Part shown: piece after piece, positions 1 through 11,850 of the stretch
How the letters are laid out: the number at the start of each line of letters is the position of its first letter
How positions within the stretch are numbered: the first letter of the stretch is position 1
DNA from: Azolla caroliniana
Taxonomy: Eukaryota > Plantae > Polypodiophyta
Length of the DNA: 64,000 nucleotides
NCBI GenBank assembly: GCA_043228905.1
Contig: JBHGNT010000005.1
Span: 18,910,001-18,974,000, forward strand
Reading direction: 5' to 3'
Notes under the pieces: generated by a model
What the model was told of the DNA's origin: nothing
What the model saw: only the letters and a program-made list of their open reading frames with translations
The model's database searches: none
Program-made: the position numbers and the translations under genes

Positions 1-190
1 TAAATCTAAAGTTAAAAGTTCAATCAATCTCTTTGAATCGTGTAATCTCAACTTCTCTCTTTCCCAATCTATCTTAAGTACTTTCTTGCTAAAGCTTGTG
101 CCAAAGCTTGTACCGACTTTGAATCCTTCCGGTCCAAAACCCCGGCGGTTCCGCCTCACGATCCGTGCGTAGTGACGGATCTTCACAACA
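1..190 (+). repeat. 3' portion of the 5' LTR of element A
   Basis: Near-identical to the end of the 3' LTR, which has a ~19-bp deletion relative to this copy. Ends ...ATCTTCACAACA. Confidence 0.92.
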
Positions 191-198
191 TAATTAAG

Positions 199-216
199 TG
201 GTGAACCCGACGTGAA
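199..216 (+). promoter_or_regulatory. Primer binding site of A, complementary to the tRNA-Trp 3' end
   Basis: TGGTGAACCCGACGTGAA is the reverse complement of TTCACGTCGGGTTCA-CCA, the plant cytosolic tRNA-Trp 3' end as recalled. The same 18-mer occurs in D and E. Confidence 0.88.
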
Positions 217-251
217 AGAGGCGGTAGGAAGGATCACGTCGATATTAATAC

Positions 252-2427
252 TTGGAGATGGCGTCCTCAAGCAACCAAGCGGGAGAGCTTGAAAGGATGA
301 TGCTAATCGTCGAGCAAATGATGAGATCTCGAGACAACGACGCGAGCGTGGAGAAGGCTGTCGATCGTGTCATAGAGCTCGAGGGCCAATTCGATGGAAG
401 GAACGTTACGAAGTTCCTTGATGCATATAGAAGGGAGATGAATCAGAGGGACGTGTCCGAGGCACGTCAAATCGCTTCAAGAGAGTTGTCGCCAACAACA
501 TCCAAAGACGCGTCATCGAGCTTCAAAAAGGTAAGACAACATGGTCCGAGTTCGAGAAAACGATACTAGCGGAGTTCGTGACTGAAGACTCAACGAGGAT
601 GACTCGACATGCCATGATGAAGTGGATAGAGAAGAAGAATAAGAAGATGAGGGTCTCGAGGGTGTACGACGAATTCGACCATATGTTTAGTCGTCTCCCC
701 AAGTGTTGCTTGAAGAGGACAAGACTTTGTACTTCTTGAAGGCCGTGGACATAAAGGATAGACGGGAGTTGGGGACTCTTCTCGAAGATGATACCCAAGC
801 AAATGGGCTCGTAGCGGACTGGATCGCGGTGAAGCGGGCATGCAATAGGCTCGACAAGGGTCGCCAATGGGTTGATGACACCGACTTGACGGGACCGACT
901 ACCACGGAGGAAGCAAGACCGCCGAAAGTAGCTGAGCCGCTGAGACAAAGTAACGTGGAAGAAAAGAAGATTGATGACGACATCATTGAAGAGCTAGCGA
1001 AGAAGTTTGAGAAGGTCACGCTAGCCAACATGAATCATCGAGGCCCTAAAGGAAAAGAACCCTTTAGATGTGTGTGGTGCGATAGCATGGACCACATGAG
1101 AAGGGATTGTGCGAGCCTTCGAGAGGCGGTTCGACAAAATATCGTATACATAGAGGACAACATGATCTGCTCAAGCGAGACTAGAAGACCCCTACAGGTG
1201 AATTTCGGAAGAGGAGGAATGAAGAAATCTATGGAGGATGCCGATGCGATGCACTATGCTGCGTCGGCCGGAATAAGAGTCGGGAAAGACAAGACTGAAG
1301 CTGCTAGAGCAAGAGCAAAGTTTTGGACTTCCGTTCTCGAATATGAGAAGAAGGGAAAAGTCACATCGAACGAGGTAGAGCTTGCGGACCGAAGCGTGCA
1401 AAACATAACCGGGTGGTTGGATCCAGTGGACGACAACACCATACTCGCAGAGGTGATGTGCGACAACCACAAGGTGTTCGTCGAAGAAAAGAGAAAGAGA
1501 ATAGAAGAGCAAGGCCCATCAAAAAGACATAAAACAAGGAACGCGAAAAAGAAGGACGATGCGGAGACGAGTCGACCTTTACAAACGGAGGAACGAGAAT
1601 CAAGCCGAAAAGGGGAGCCGAGCATACGAGTTGAAGAAACAGTTCGGCCCGTGAAGGTTGGTGTCGAAGACCCCGCTCGGAGGACAAGGACTATACCTAC
1701 CTATAAGCTAAGGTCGGACATAGAGCAGACGACGGACCTAAAGAAGATTCTCGAAGAACGAGTTCTTGATAGCCACGTAACTTTGTCCTTGAGGGAATTG
1801 CTTGGCATTACGAAGAAGGAGTTCCATGACACGATCGTGGACCTTGTAAAGAGAAAGAGACAACAATCGGACGAGGAAGAAGAGAAGCCGCAAAAAGCAA
1901 AAACGAATGCCATAATGATGGCAAGAGATGAAGTCGATGAAGATATGGTGGACAGCCACTACACTCGACCTCATTGGGCACGAGCGACAACGGAGACGCC
2001 GGTGAAGATCGGGGAGAAGAAAGAGACCGTGGTAGCCTTGATCGACCACGGCTCGGAGATCAACCTCATGTCAACCGACTTCTACAAAAAAGGAAGATGG
2101 CCAATCAATACAAACCACGGATGGAAGATTCGCACGGCAACAAAGTCTATGGAGGATTTGTACGGAGCTTGTCCCAATGTCAAAGTCACGATCGGGGATG
2201 TGGAGATGGATCAACACTTCTTCGTACAAGAATCGGCGTCGCATCCTGTCATCCTAGGGCAACCTTATATCACATCATCTCGGATGGAGACCAAAGTGTT
2301 CGATAATGGAGCAGCCTTCGCACGAATAAAGAGTCTTGACAACCAAAGATCGGTCCAATTCCTAACGGTGCGAGCCAATCATGAAAGGAATCGAGATAGT
2401 CTCGGAGGTGAATCCTCGGATTTTTAG
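252..2427 (+). pseudogene. gag: gag-protease ORF of A (frameshifted near 480 and ~700)
   Basis: Zinc knuckle CVWCDSMDHMRRDC. Retropepsin motifs ALIDHGSEINLM and PVILGQPY. Colinear with D and E gag. Confidence 0.85.
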
Positions 2428-2809
2428 AGCGGACTATTGAAGCATGGGGCACAAATAGTCTGAGCAATCACAAGACCCCACAAGAAAGAAGAGTGCGTGG
2501 ATTGCAAGGAGAAGCAACATGTGTCACACCTAGTGGCGCATGTAAACTAGTACTACCCGACAAGAAGCACAAGCGCCGGATACAAGAATTCGAGAAGATG
2601 CTGAAAGAAGAGAACATAATAGAAGAAGGAGAGTTCGTGACTCATATTATGGAAGAAGCCTCATTTAACGACACCATCGGCGAAATCGAGGACGTCGTGG
2701 ACTTGAGCTATCTTCACAACCAACACGTGATTTCGGTTAACTCCGTCAACATGTATGCTATCATCGATGAATACCGTCGTGGCATCTCAATGAAGGAAGC
2801 TGACATCAA

Positions 2810-3245
2810 TGTTACCGGCCGGCAAAGGACTCCAGAGTGGGAAACGGAGAGCTAATTAAGTAGTAGGAATGTGGTTGTAATTAAGCTATGAGTGTGGACG
2901 GACGGACCGGAAACGGTATGCCGTTCCGAATCCGGACCGATCCCGAACAGGTGCGGATGGCACCGTTTTGTAATACAGACCGGAAACCTATTTAAAAGCC
3001 CGGATACAATGTAATAGTTAGCGGTTAATTAATGAAAGCTTAAGCGTTGTTATCTCTCTGTGTTAATTGTCGTTATGTCTTAATTATTATATCTTACGCG
3101 TGTGTTATGAAAGACGATCATAATAAGTAACTTAACCAAGTAGCATTAAGCGTTGAAGTCTAATCCGGTGGCCATAACACCCTTTGGTGAAGTGTCTCCC
3201 GTAGACACCCTGTGTTAGGCCATTGTCCGGCCCGAAGAATTAACA
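2810..3245 (+). repeat. 5' LTR of B
   Basis: Direct repeat of 11851-12286, TG...CA ends, preceded by TSD ATCAA. Confidence 0.96.
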
Positions 3246-3252
3246 CAGTTTT

Positions 3253-3262
3253 TGGCGACCAC
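3253..3262 (+). promoter_or_regulatory. PBS of B (tRNA-Arg-like, TGGCGACCAC)
   Basis: 7 nt after the LTR. Complementary to ...GTGGTCG-CCA of plant tRNA-Arg(UCG) as recalled. Identical in F at 40661-40670 (minus). Confidence 0.72.
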
Positions 3263-3298
3263 GATTCCTGTTTTTGCAGCGAACGACGGCACGGATGG

Positions 3299-6200
3299 AT
3301 GTCTAGATCAACGCACGACCTGGTTACAGATCGAACTCGACGCCTTGACGAAAGGCAAAGGAGACGCAAGGCTTTCCAGCAAGTGGCGCAGGAAATTAGA
3401 GCGGATCGCTCGTTTTCCAACGTAATCCGGAGAGTAGCGGAGGACTCCCTCCGGTTACAGCAAACATCGCACCCGGACGACGGCAGCAGCCTAAGCAGCC
3501 TACGGGAAACCGAATCCCTTCTCCACGCGTTGACAAACGGAGAAGGCGAAGCAGAAGCCTTTTCAGCATATGAATCGGACTCCGAAGGGGAATACAGCGT
3601 GCACACGAACTACCGTAGCAGCAACGAAACCCCGAGCGGACCGGAGGACGAAGGATCGGATACCTTACCGACACCGGAACCGGAAGTGCTAACGCTGGAA
3701 CCCCCGGAACCAGCAGAGGAAGAGCGACCTCCGACACCGGAAGTCGAAGAGGAGAGGCCTCCGTCACCAAAGGAGGAGGAAAAACCACCGACGCCGGAAA
3801 CAAATCGGGAAAGACCACCCACACCGGAGAAGATTCCAGAATGAGCACCAACACTGCTAGCCCGCGCACCAATACCGGACGACGACATGCCGTTCCAGTA
3901 CTCCAAGTACAGAGATGATCCGGACACGGAAGCTCATGTGCACGCCTTTGAACAGACATGGGAAGCCAACCATGTGTCCCAGCGATTGACACCGGAGGAA
4001 GAAGAACGCTCTAAGATAGTGGAGTTTAGCGTCACATTGGAGGAACCGGCAGCAAGATGGCATCGGACGCAGGACCCGTCTACCATCAACACCTTTGCAG
4101 ATTTAAAAGCTAAATTCTTGCATTTTTTTCAAAAGGAGGTGGACCAAACCGTAATGGTAGGCTTATTTTATACCATCCGGCAAGAGGCAGGGGAGAGCAT
4201 TCCCCAATTTGTCATCCGGTTTCAACGGATGCATAGTCAGCTTGCCCGTGCACCCCCGGAAGAGGAATTACGAACTATATTCCTAAACGCGCTCCGGGAA
4301 CCCCTATGCACGATTTGCATGGTAATCGACTTCCGCACAAGTACCATCGACCAGGTCATTGACCAGGTGAGAGAGATGGAAAAGACAAGCTCCTGGCTCA
4401 CACTGGGAGCACTTCAACGGGCGTTACCGTCCGATGAAGACCTCCGGTTTCGGCAAACAATACAGTGCACAACCTGCTTGAATTCCGGACACTCGGCTCT
4501 AGAATGCACTATGAGGACGCAATGTGTAATCTGTCAATCCAAGGGCCATACGACGGATAGGTGCGAGTATAATCTGTTGAATCGGCAAGCACCGCCCGTC
4601 CGACAAATTGAGCCACACAGCAGCCAGGATGAAGAAGACGAACGCTGGCGGCGAATGGACCGTGACTGACTGGCACAGGATGTCCGGTATGGCGAGCGAC
4701 AGGAAAATGATGTCCGGTATGGCGATCGACGGGAAAATGATGTCCGGTACGGTGATCGGCGGGATAACTATGACCGGCATGATCGGTACCAGGATTACAA
4801 TAGACGATACGAACATTACGACCGGGAGCACTCCCCCAGGTATCGTCAGCAACGGGAGGAATACGGCAGATATAACGGGCAACCCCGTCAAGAGTACCGT
4901 AATAAGAAGAGCTATAACAAAAAACGCCATTTTAAAAAAGGCGGCTACCCCCGGGATCCGGAACAAGGAGCTCCAAGTAGCCAACCGGTACAAAACCCCG
5001 CGCGTACCGTAGGACCTGCCCCGGGTACAACAGACAATGCCGAATCTAGCAATACCCAGAAAGCCTACTGCTACTACTGCTGACAGGAAGGCCATTATAG
5101 TAACCAATGCCCAGTGAAGAGCTATGAAAAACGACCGGCGGTAAATATGGTAGTCCTTGAGGTGGCGGATCTGCAGCAGGTGACCACAACATCGAAGGGC
5201 ATGGCCAAAGAATGGGAGACACAGGAGACCATCCGGAAACAAGAAACGGAATGGGTAAAGAAAGCAAACGAGCAGAATGTCATAGACTTACAGCAGCAAA
5301 AGGAGAACACCGCAGGGCTTGCCGGCGGTAGTCAGTCTGAGAACGAGACATGGCAGGCGTTGCAAGAATGCCAGATTACGTTACCACTAGGAAGACTCCT
5401 ACAACTCGTGCCAAGATTCACGGAAGGACTGAAGACGGCCATGACGGCAGGAGAACCATCGCCGGCACCGATACTCTTCTCGAATCCGGAGGAGGGACCA
5501 ACGGTGGTGGACACCAGCAATCCGGTAATCACTGCCATTGTGAAAGGGAAAGAACTCCCCGACACAGTTATAAACGGAGGCTCTGGGGTGAATGTAATAA
5601 GCCTCCAGACATGTGATGACCTAGGAATCCACGAGTGGGAGCCGTGTCCGTTCTGGTTGCGGATGGCCGATACAAGCTCAATGCGGCCGTCAGGATTAAT
5701 ACGGAAATTAGAAGTCACCGTCGACGGTCATACATTTCACATCTCGGCCGTAGTGCTACAATTAGAAGTCACCTTCTCACTTCTCACGGAATTTCGCGAT
5801 GATCACACTTCTCACGGAATTTCGCGATGTGTTCGCCTAGTCATACGAAGACATGCGAGGACTTGACCCTCAGTTATACCAGCATCAGGTTCACTTGAGC
5901 AAGGACGCAAAACCAGTAGCACAAAGACGATACCGGATGAATCCCAATTATGCCGCCAAAGTCAAGGAGGAAATCGACAAACTGCTAAGAGTTGGCTTTA
6001 TCCGTCCGGTAAAGAAAGCGACATGGCTGAGCCCGATCGTAGTCGTACCGAAGAAGAACGGAAAAATTCGAGTTTGCGTGGACTACCAGAAACTCAATGC
6101 GGCTACGGTAACGGATGCGTTTCCACTTCCGTTCACTGATGGAGTGTTGGATGCCGTCGCCGGCCATGAGGTCTATAGCTTCTTAGACGGATTCAGGGGG

Positions 6201-8639
6201 TATAATCAGATCTGGATGCACCCCGACGACCAAGAGAAAACGGCATTCGTCACCGAATGGGGGGTCTTTGTGGCCGTGGTGATGATGTTCGGACTCAAAA
6301 CGGCACCGGCAACATTTCAACGAATCATCATGGAAATCTTTGGTGAATATATACCGGCTTTTATGCAGGTTTTCCTTGACGATTTCGTTGTCTATAGCCG
6401 GGAGGACCATTTTTAGCACCTCCGTCTTTGTCTAGAAAAGTATAGAGCGTACCGGCTAAGCTTGAATCCGGCAAAGTGTGTATTTGGCGTGTCCAATGGA
6501 ACTTTATTAGGACATATTGTGAGCCAGGAAGGTATTGCAGTCGACCCGGACAAAGCGAAAGCCATATTAGAATCATCGGCGCCGGCAACGGCAAAGGCAT
6601 TAAGCCGGTTCTTAGGCCAGATCCAGTGGCACAGCCGGATGCTCCAATACTTGGCCGACCTGGCTACACCGTTGCATGCCGTCGTACATCGGACACCATT
6701 CCAGTGGACCGACACTGAGGATAGGGCGTATAAGGCCCTCAAGGTACTATTGTCGCAGGCACCGGTAGTACAACCTCCGGATTGGAGTAAAGAATTTCAC
6801 GTGTTCGTGGACGCCTCCGACATCGCAATCGGAAGCGTACTTATGCAACTTACGGAGCCAAAGTGGTACCGGCCAGTGTACTATGCCAGCCGAAAGCTAT
6901 CCCAAACAGAACGAAACTACTCTACCACGGAACGGGAAGCTCTAGGGATGATCTACAGTGTGACAAAGTTTCGGCACTATTTATTGGGAAGGAAGTTTTC
7001 CTTCCATGTAGATCATTCGGCACTCCTTTACCTAGTGTCCAAGGCGTCACTCACCGGCAAATTACAGGAGTTCGAGTTTGAAATATTCCACCGACCCGGT
7101 ATACAGCATGCCGTAGCGGATTACTTAAGCTGATTGGAGTCCGGAGAGACGGGTGACGGAGTACCGGATGAGTTTCCGGATGCAGAGTTGTTTCGAGTCA
7201 CTACGAAGACGGCAGCAGATGAGACGGTGGCCCAGGAAGACAAGTGGCTCACAAATATGCACCAGTTTCTGAGCACAGGACTGCCTCCGGAAGAGCTGGA
7301 CCTGCCTCCGGAAGAGCTGAACCGGGACGAATGGAAACGCCTGGCGGTGCAAAGCCGACATTTCTGCTTACTGCAAGACACACTTTACCACAAGGGCGCG
7401 GACGGCATATGGAGACAGGCGGTGCGCAGCGATGAAAAGGAACTGATACTGAGGGAAGCCCACTGCGGAGTTGCCGGAGGTCACTATGCCGGAGATGCGA
7501 CGGCCAGAAAAATATGGCAAAGTGGCCTATGGTGGCCAACGACATTAAGAGATGCAGTACGATACGCAAAAGAATGTGACCTATGCCAGAGAATGGGCCA
7601 GCCAACGGAGCAGGCTCGTATGCCACACCAGCCGGTACTACCACTCGAGCCATTCCAAAAGTGGGGGTTGGACTTTGTAGGACCATTCAAGCCACCGGCA
7701 ATGAGAACGGGTAATCGGTACGTTATCGTTGCTACGGATTACTGCACGAAATGGGTGGAGGCCAAAGCTTTACGGGATAACACCGCTGTGTCAACGGCAA
7801 AGTTTCTATATGAGTACATCTGGTGCCGTTACGGATGCCCCATTGAATTGATAAGTGACCAAGGGGGGCACTTTCTCGGCCAAGTAGTGGAAATCCTGAC
7901 GACATTCTATGCCGTTGTACACAAACGGAGCACACCTTACTATCCACAGGCGAACAGCTTAGCGGAATCAACAAACAAGACGCTACAGAATATCCTCCGG
8001 AAGGTCGTCAACGAAAACCGGACGGATTGGGACACAAAGCTACATAGCGCGCTTTGGGCATACCGGACGGCATACAAAACAAGCATCCGAACAACACCGT
8101 TCCAGTTGGCGTTCGGACTCGAGGCGGTCATGCCGGTAGAATTCCAAGTACCTAGCTTATGGATCCAGCTACGGGAAAGGCTGAACGAGAAGGAATCGGA
8201 GGCAATAAGGTTGACAGCGTTGTGTGAGCTCGAGGAACAACGACTGGCCAGCATCCTACATTTAGAATTGGAGCAACGCAGACGGAAAGCATTTGTCGAC
8301 CGACACAGGAAAGGTAACGAAAAAATGTTCGCAATCGGCAAACCGGTGTTAGTATTCCAAACCCGGATGGGCAAGATGCCAGGTAAGCTACGATTTAGAT
8401 GGACTGGACCATATTGGCTAACACGGGAGTATAATGGGTCCTACCAGTTAGGGACACTTGCCGGCGAAGTGCTAGGCAAATGGGTCAACGGATTCCGGTT
8501 GAAGGCATATAGAGGACCGATGCCTAAGAACCCGTTTGAGCAAAGGACCGACGGCAACCACCAAGACGGCAGAGAAGGCGAGCCGGTAACTGGGGAGAAT
8601 GAGGTCGGTAAGGGTCCGAGAGGACCAACGGACAAGTGA
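3299..8639 (+). pseudogene. gag-pol: gag-pol polyprotein of B (originally a single reading frame; several stops and a ~490-bp deletion)
   Basis: ORFs 3212, 3887 and 5114 share one frame, broken by TGA/TAG stops. Zinc knuckles CTTCLNSGHSALEC and CVICQSKGHTTDRC. PR VINGGSG (DGGSG in F). RT FLDDF, RH FVDASD, INT WGLDFVGP...SDQG...AE. Confidence 0.92.
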
Positions 8640-8811
8640 CGTCACACTAATAATAATAATAACTATAAAATAATAATAATAATAATAAAATAAAATAAAA
8701 ACAATCATGCAAAAGCGAGGAATGAATGGATGAAAGAGCGTGGAGCGAAAAGGTACGTAGTGGGCATTTAAAGCGCCACCACAGGACATAATGCTATTTT
8801 AAGTACGCGAC

Positions 8812-11744
8812 ATGCACACACTCGAAAAAGGCACCAGAATGCACAGACAAAAACCACTGCGCGTAGACACCCTCTACTTTCGCGAACCCAGGAACACAGA
8901 AGCACCAAGACGTTGCAAGATCATCAGACGAGAACCTGCGCACAGAGAACCCCCGCCTTTTGAACTTTCTCTTTCTCAACCCCACTCTCATCACCATCCA
9001 ACCTCGCCACCGCCATCCGACCTCGACACAGACATGGACCCGCAAACGCTGTCGAAAGCCGCCAAGACATGGCTGAAGCAACACGGGCTCGAGGGCTTCT
9101 TGATGATGATGGAAGTACCGCCACACAAAGAAGCCGACAAAGTGATCAAGGAAATCGATACAGAGGTCATAACGGCAGAGGCGATTCGAGCGTTAACAGG
9201 CCTTCCGGAGGGAGGCATACTCACGATCGACAATCCAACCCCGAAGCAACTCCTCAGGTATTTTGGTGAGTACTCACTAGCTAGCAAGGTATACCGGACA
9301 CAGGGCGGCGGAGATATGTTGTTCCGCGAAATTGCTCGTGTGCTCCACGAATACGGCCACGTGTACCCTAGACCCCCTATCATGCCGCAGAACCGGGCAG
9401 GGATGATCATCACCACCTATAAAGGGATCAAGGTGGATTGGCCGGTATTGATCGCAGACGAGTTGTGTGCGGTGATCGAGATCGTGAGAGGCGAAGACGG
9501 CAAAGAAGGCCGAGACGGACGGAGGATATGGCACGCCGTAACGCAGTGGCTCACCTTGCTTGTGCCACCCGTCCAGACTGTCCAGCCCAAGAAGCGAGGA
9601 AGAGTGGCGGACGGCACCCCAAGGTCGGCTTCCAAACGGCAACAGTTGTTGGCCTCTAAGGCCACTAAGGGGAAGGCGGCAGACGCAAAACAGGCGGCAG
9701 CAGGAAGCGGCAGCCAGAAGCGGCCAACGGAGGCGCAGGAGGAACCACCGGCACGGCCCGTAAAGGTCACACTCCGCCGACCGGTGAATAGAGAAGCGGA
9801 CCCCTTGGCGGCAAAACTCAATGCCGGAGCTCCGGAGGAGGTAATAGAGGAGGAGCCTACGGAGCACCTCCAGCGATGGTCGTCGGCAAGGACAGTTGAG
9901 GCAGCCGGGAAACGTTCGAACCCTCAGACGGAGGGAACACCGGCTCTCCATACTGAGACTCCCACGCCAAGGAAGGAACCGGAACCGGTGCATATGGCAC
10001 CGGAAACAGAAGCCCCGGCACCACCGGCAACACCGGCAAGTCCCATCCCGCCAGAGCCGGAAAGGTCAATGCAGCCTCCCTCGGTCAGCCAAGAAGAAGC
10101 GCAAGGGGAACCAGGACAGCAGGGTGGTCCACGGGCAGAACGGAACTGCAACTCGGCGCAACCAGGCGGGACCACCCCTCTACAAGTGAGCCCATCTGTC
10201 AAACCTCTGTGCAAGTACAACAAGGCACCGGTAGCCTGTGGCTCCGGTGGATAGGCGAACAGATAGCCGGAGCAGTGGGGTATATTGAGGCGGAAGAAAG
10301 AGCGCAAAGCGAACGGTTGCTCGTCACAACCGAACAACTAGAGACGGCCCGGTCCAGAATCCGGTGCCTTGAAAAAGACTTGGATCAGGTCACGATAGAG
10401 ATGGCCAAAATACGAATCCAATCACCGGTGACTCCGGTAAGTGTACAGAATAAAGAAACGGAACGACATGTACATAGCAATAAGACCCCGTCAACGGAAA
10501 CAGTTCCAGCGAGAGATGCGGCGCAAGCTCAGGAGCTTGCGGAATTGAGAGAGGAACTTGCCACACAAGAAGCGCTAAGGAGCCGTGAACGAGAATTGAA
10601 GACGGCGGCCAAAGCCGAATTAAAGAAGACTGCTGAGAACCTCCGCCGGGCAGAGGAGAGCCTCCGGAAAGGCCATCAAGCGTACGACCGGCTAAAGGAG
10701 GAGAAAGACAAAGTGCTGTAGGAAAAGGACAAGCTGCGGAAAACGGCGGAAACAGAGATTGAACGGCTAAAGGAAGAGCTCCGCCAGCAGAAGGACCGCG
10801 AGGACCGGGCCCGTCGTCAGATCAACGCACGGCTCAAGCAAAAGATGGATGATTTTGAGCACCTGCACCGGGACTACAAACGGCTGGAAACGGAGCATAA
10901 AGAACGGATGGTCGAGCTCCAGCAGGCAATTGATCGGGCCGCGACGGCGATCGCCGACGAACGAGCGGAAAATACAAGACGCTTGGACGAGGCGAAGAAG
11001 GTCCGGATGGAGCTCCAGAGGCAACAGCAGGAAGACAAAGAGAGAGCGTCAACAGTATTGCAGAAATTACAAAGCACATATCAAAGGCAATTGACGCATT
11101 ACAAGGCGCAGGCGGAGGACAACGTCAAAATCATCAAACAACTGAAGGAGGAACGGCAAGCGGCGGAAACCAAATCGCAATTGGGAACGAGCCGGATTCA
11201 GTCCATCCTCCGGGCATGGCTGAATCAGACAAAACACTTGATTGATGAAAGCTCCATAAAATGGTGGACAAAGTGGGCACAAAACGCGGCGGAATTCCAG
11301 TTGCTACGGGCGGATGTGGCAAACCGGCGGAAGGAAGGAGATGACTGTTATACGTTGACTTTCGAGGACTTCACCGCCATACGGGATGAGCTGGCCGACG
11401 ACTTCCAAGTCCTGGCAGATGAACAGTTGGCGCAGGTTAGGCAGCTCGTAGCCCAGCTGGACGATGATAGGCTGGACGCTCAAATCCAGTTTGAAAGCTA
11501 CGAGCGGTCCCGGGTGCGGGAAGAAAAAGCACGGGAAGCGGCAACGGTTAACCTTAGTGATGAGGAACCGTCGCCGGCTGAGGGCCAGCCGGGAACCAGT
11601 CAACCAGAGACCACTACGACGCAGGGAGCAACGACGGAGACGCCGGTGTCAGAGCCACAAATGGAGGAGCAGCCGCAGCAACCACCAACGGACACACCGC
11701 AGCAGACAGCAACAGCAACAACAACAACAACCACTTCCAGATGA
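8812..11744 (+). pseudogene. Extra sense ORF 3' of pol in B (~980 aa reconstructed): globular N-terminal domain, Pro-rich linker, long coiled coil, Gln/Thr-rich tail
   Basis: ORFs 8812-10254, 10209-10721 and 10845-11744 are joined by one frameshift and one in-frame TAG. Colinear homolog in F. Confidence 0.8.
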
Positions 11745-11831
11745 ACCATTGGAGCCTCTCGAACAAAGCATTCTGGACATTTTGGACGAAGAATAGCAAG
11801 GGTCGGTTGTGGATTCGACGTACAAGGTACT

Positions 11832-11848
11832 GTCCCACGGGCGTGCCA
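11832..11848 (+). promoter_or_regulatory. tRNA-Arg 3'-end-like sequence occupying the PPT position of B (PBS on the minus strand)
   Basis: GTCCCACGGGCGTGCCA followed by TG and then the 3' LTR. No purine tract present. Identical in F at 26628-26644. Confidence 0.7.
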
Positions 11849-11850
11849 TG

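Noticed and set aside
4679-4770. Regularly spaced 30-bp repeats resembling a CRISPR array
   Set aside because: They are contiguous in-frame coding repeats in gag with no unique spacers, in a eukaryotic context with no cas genes.
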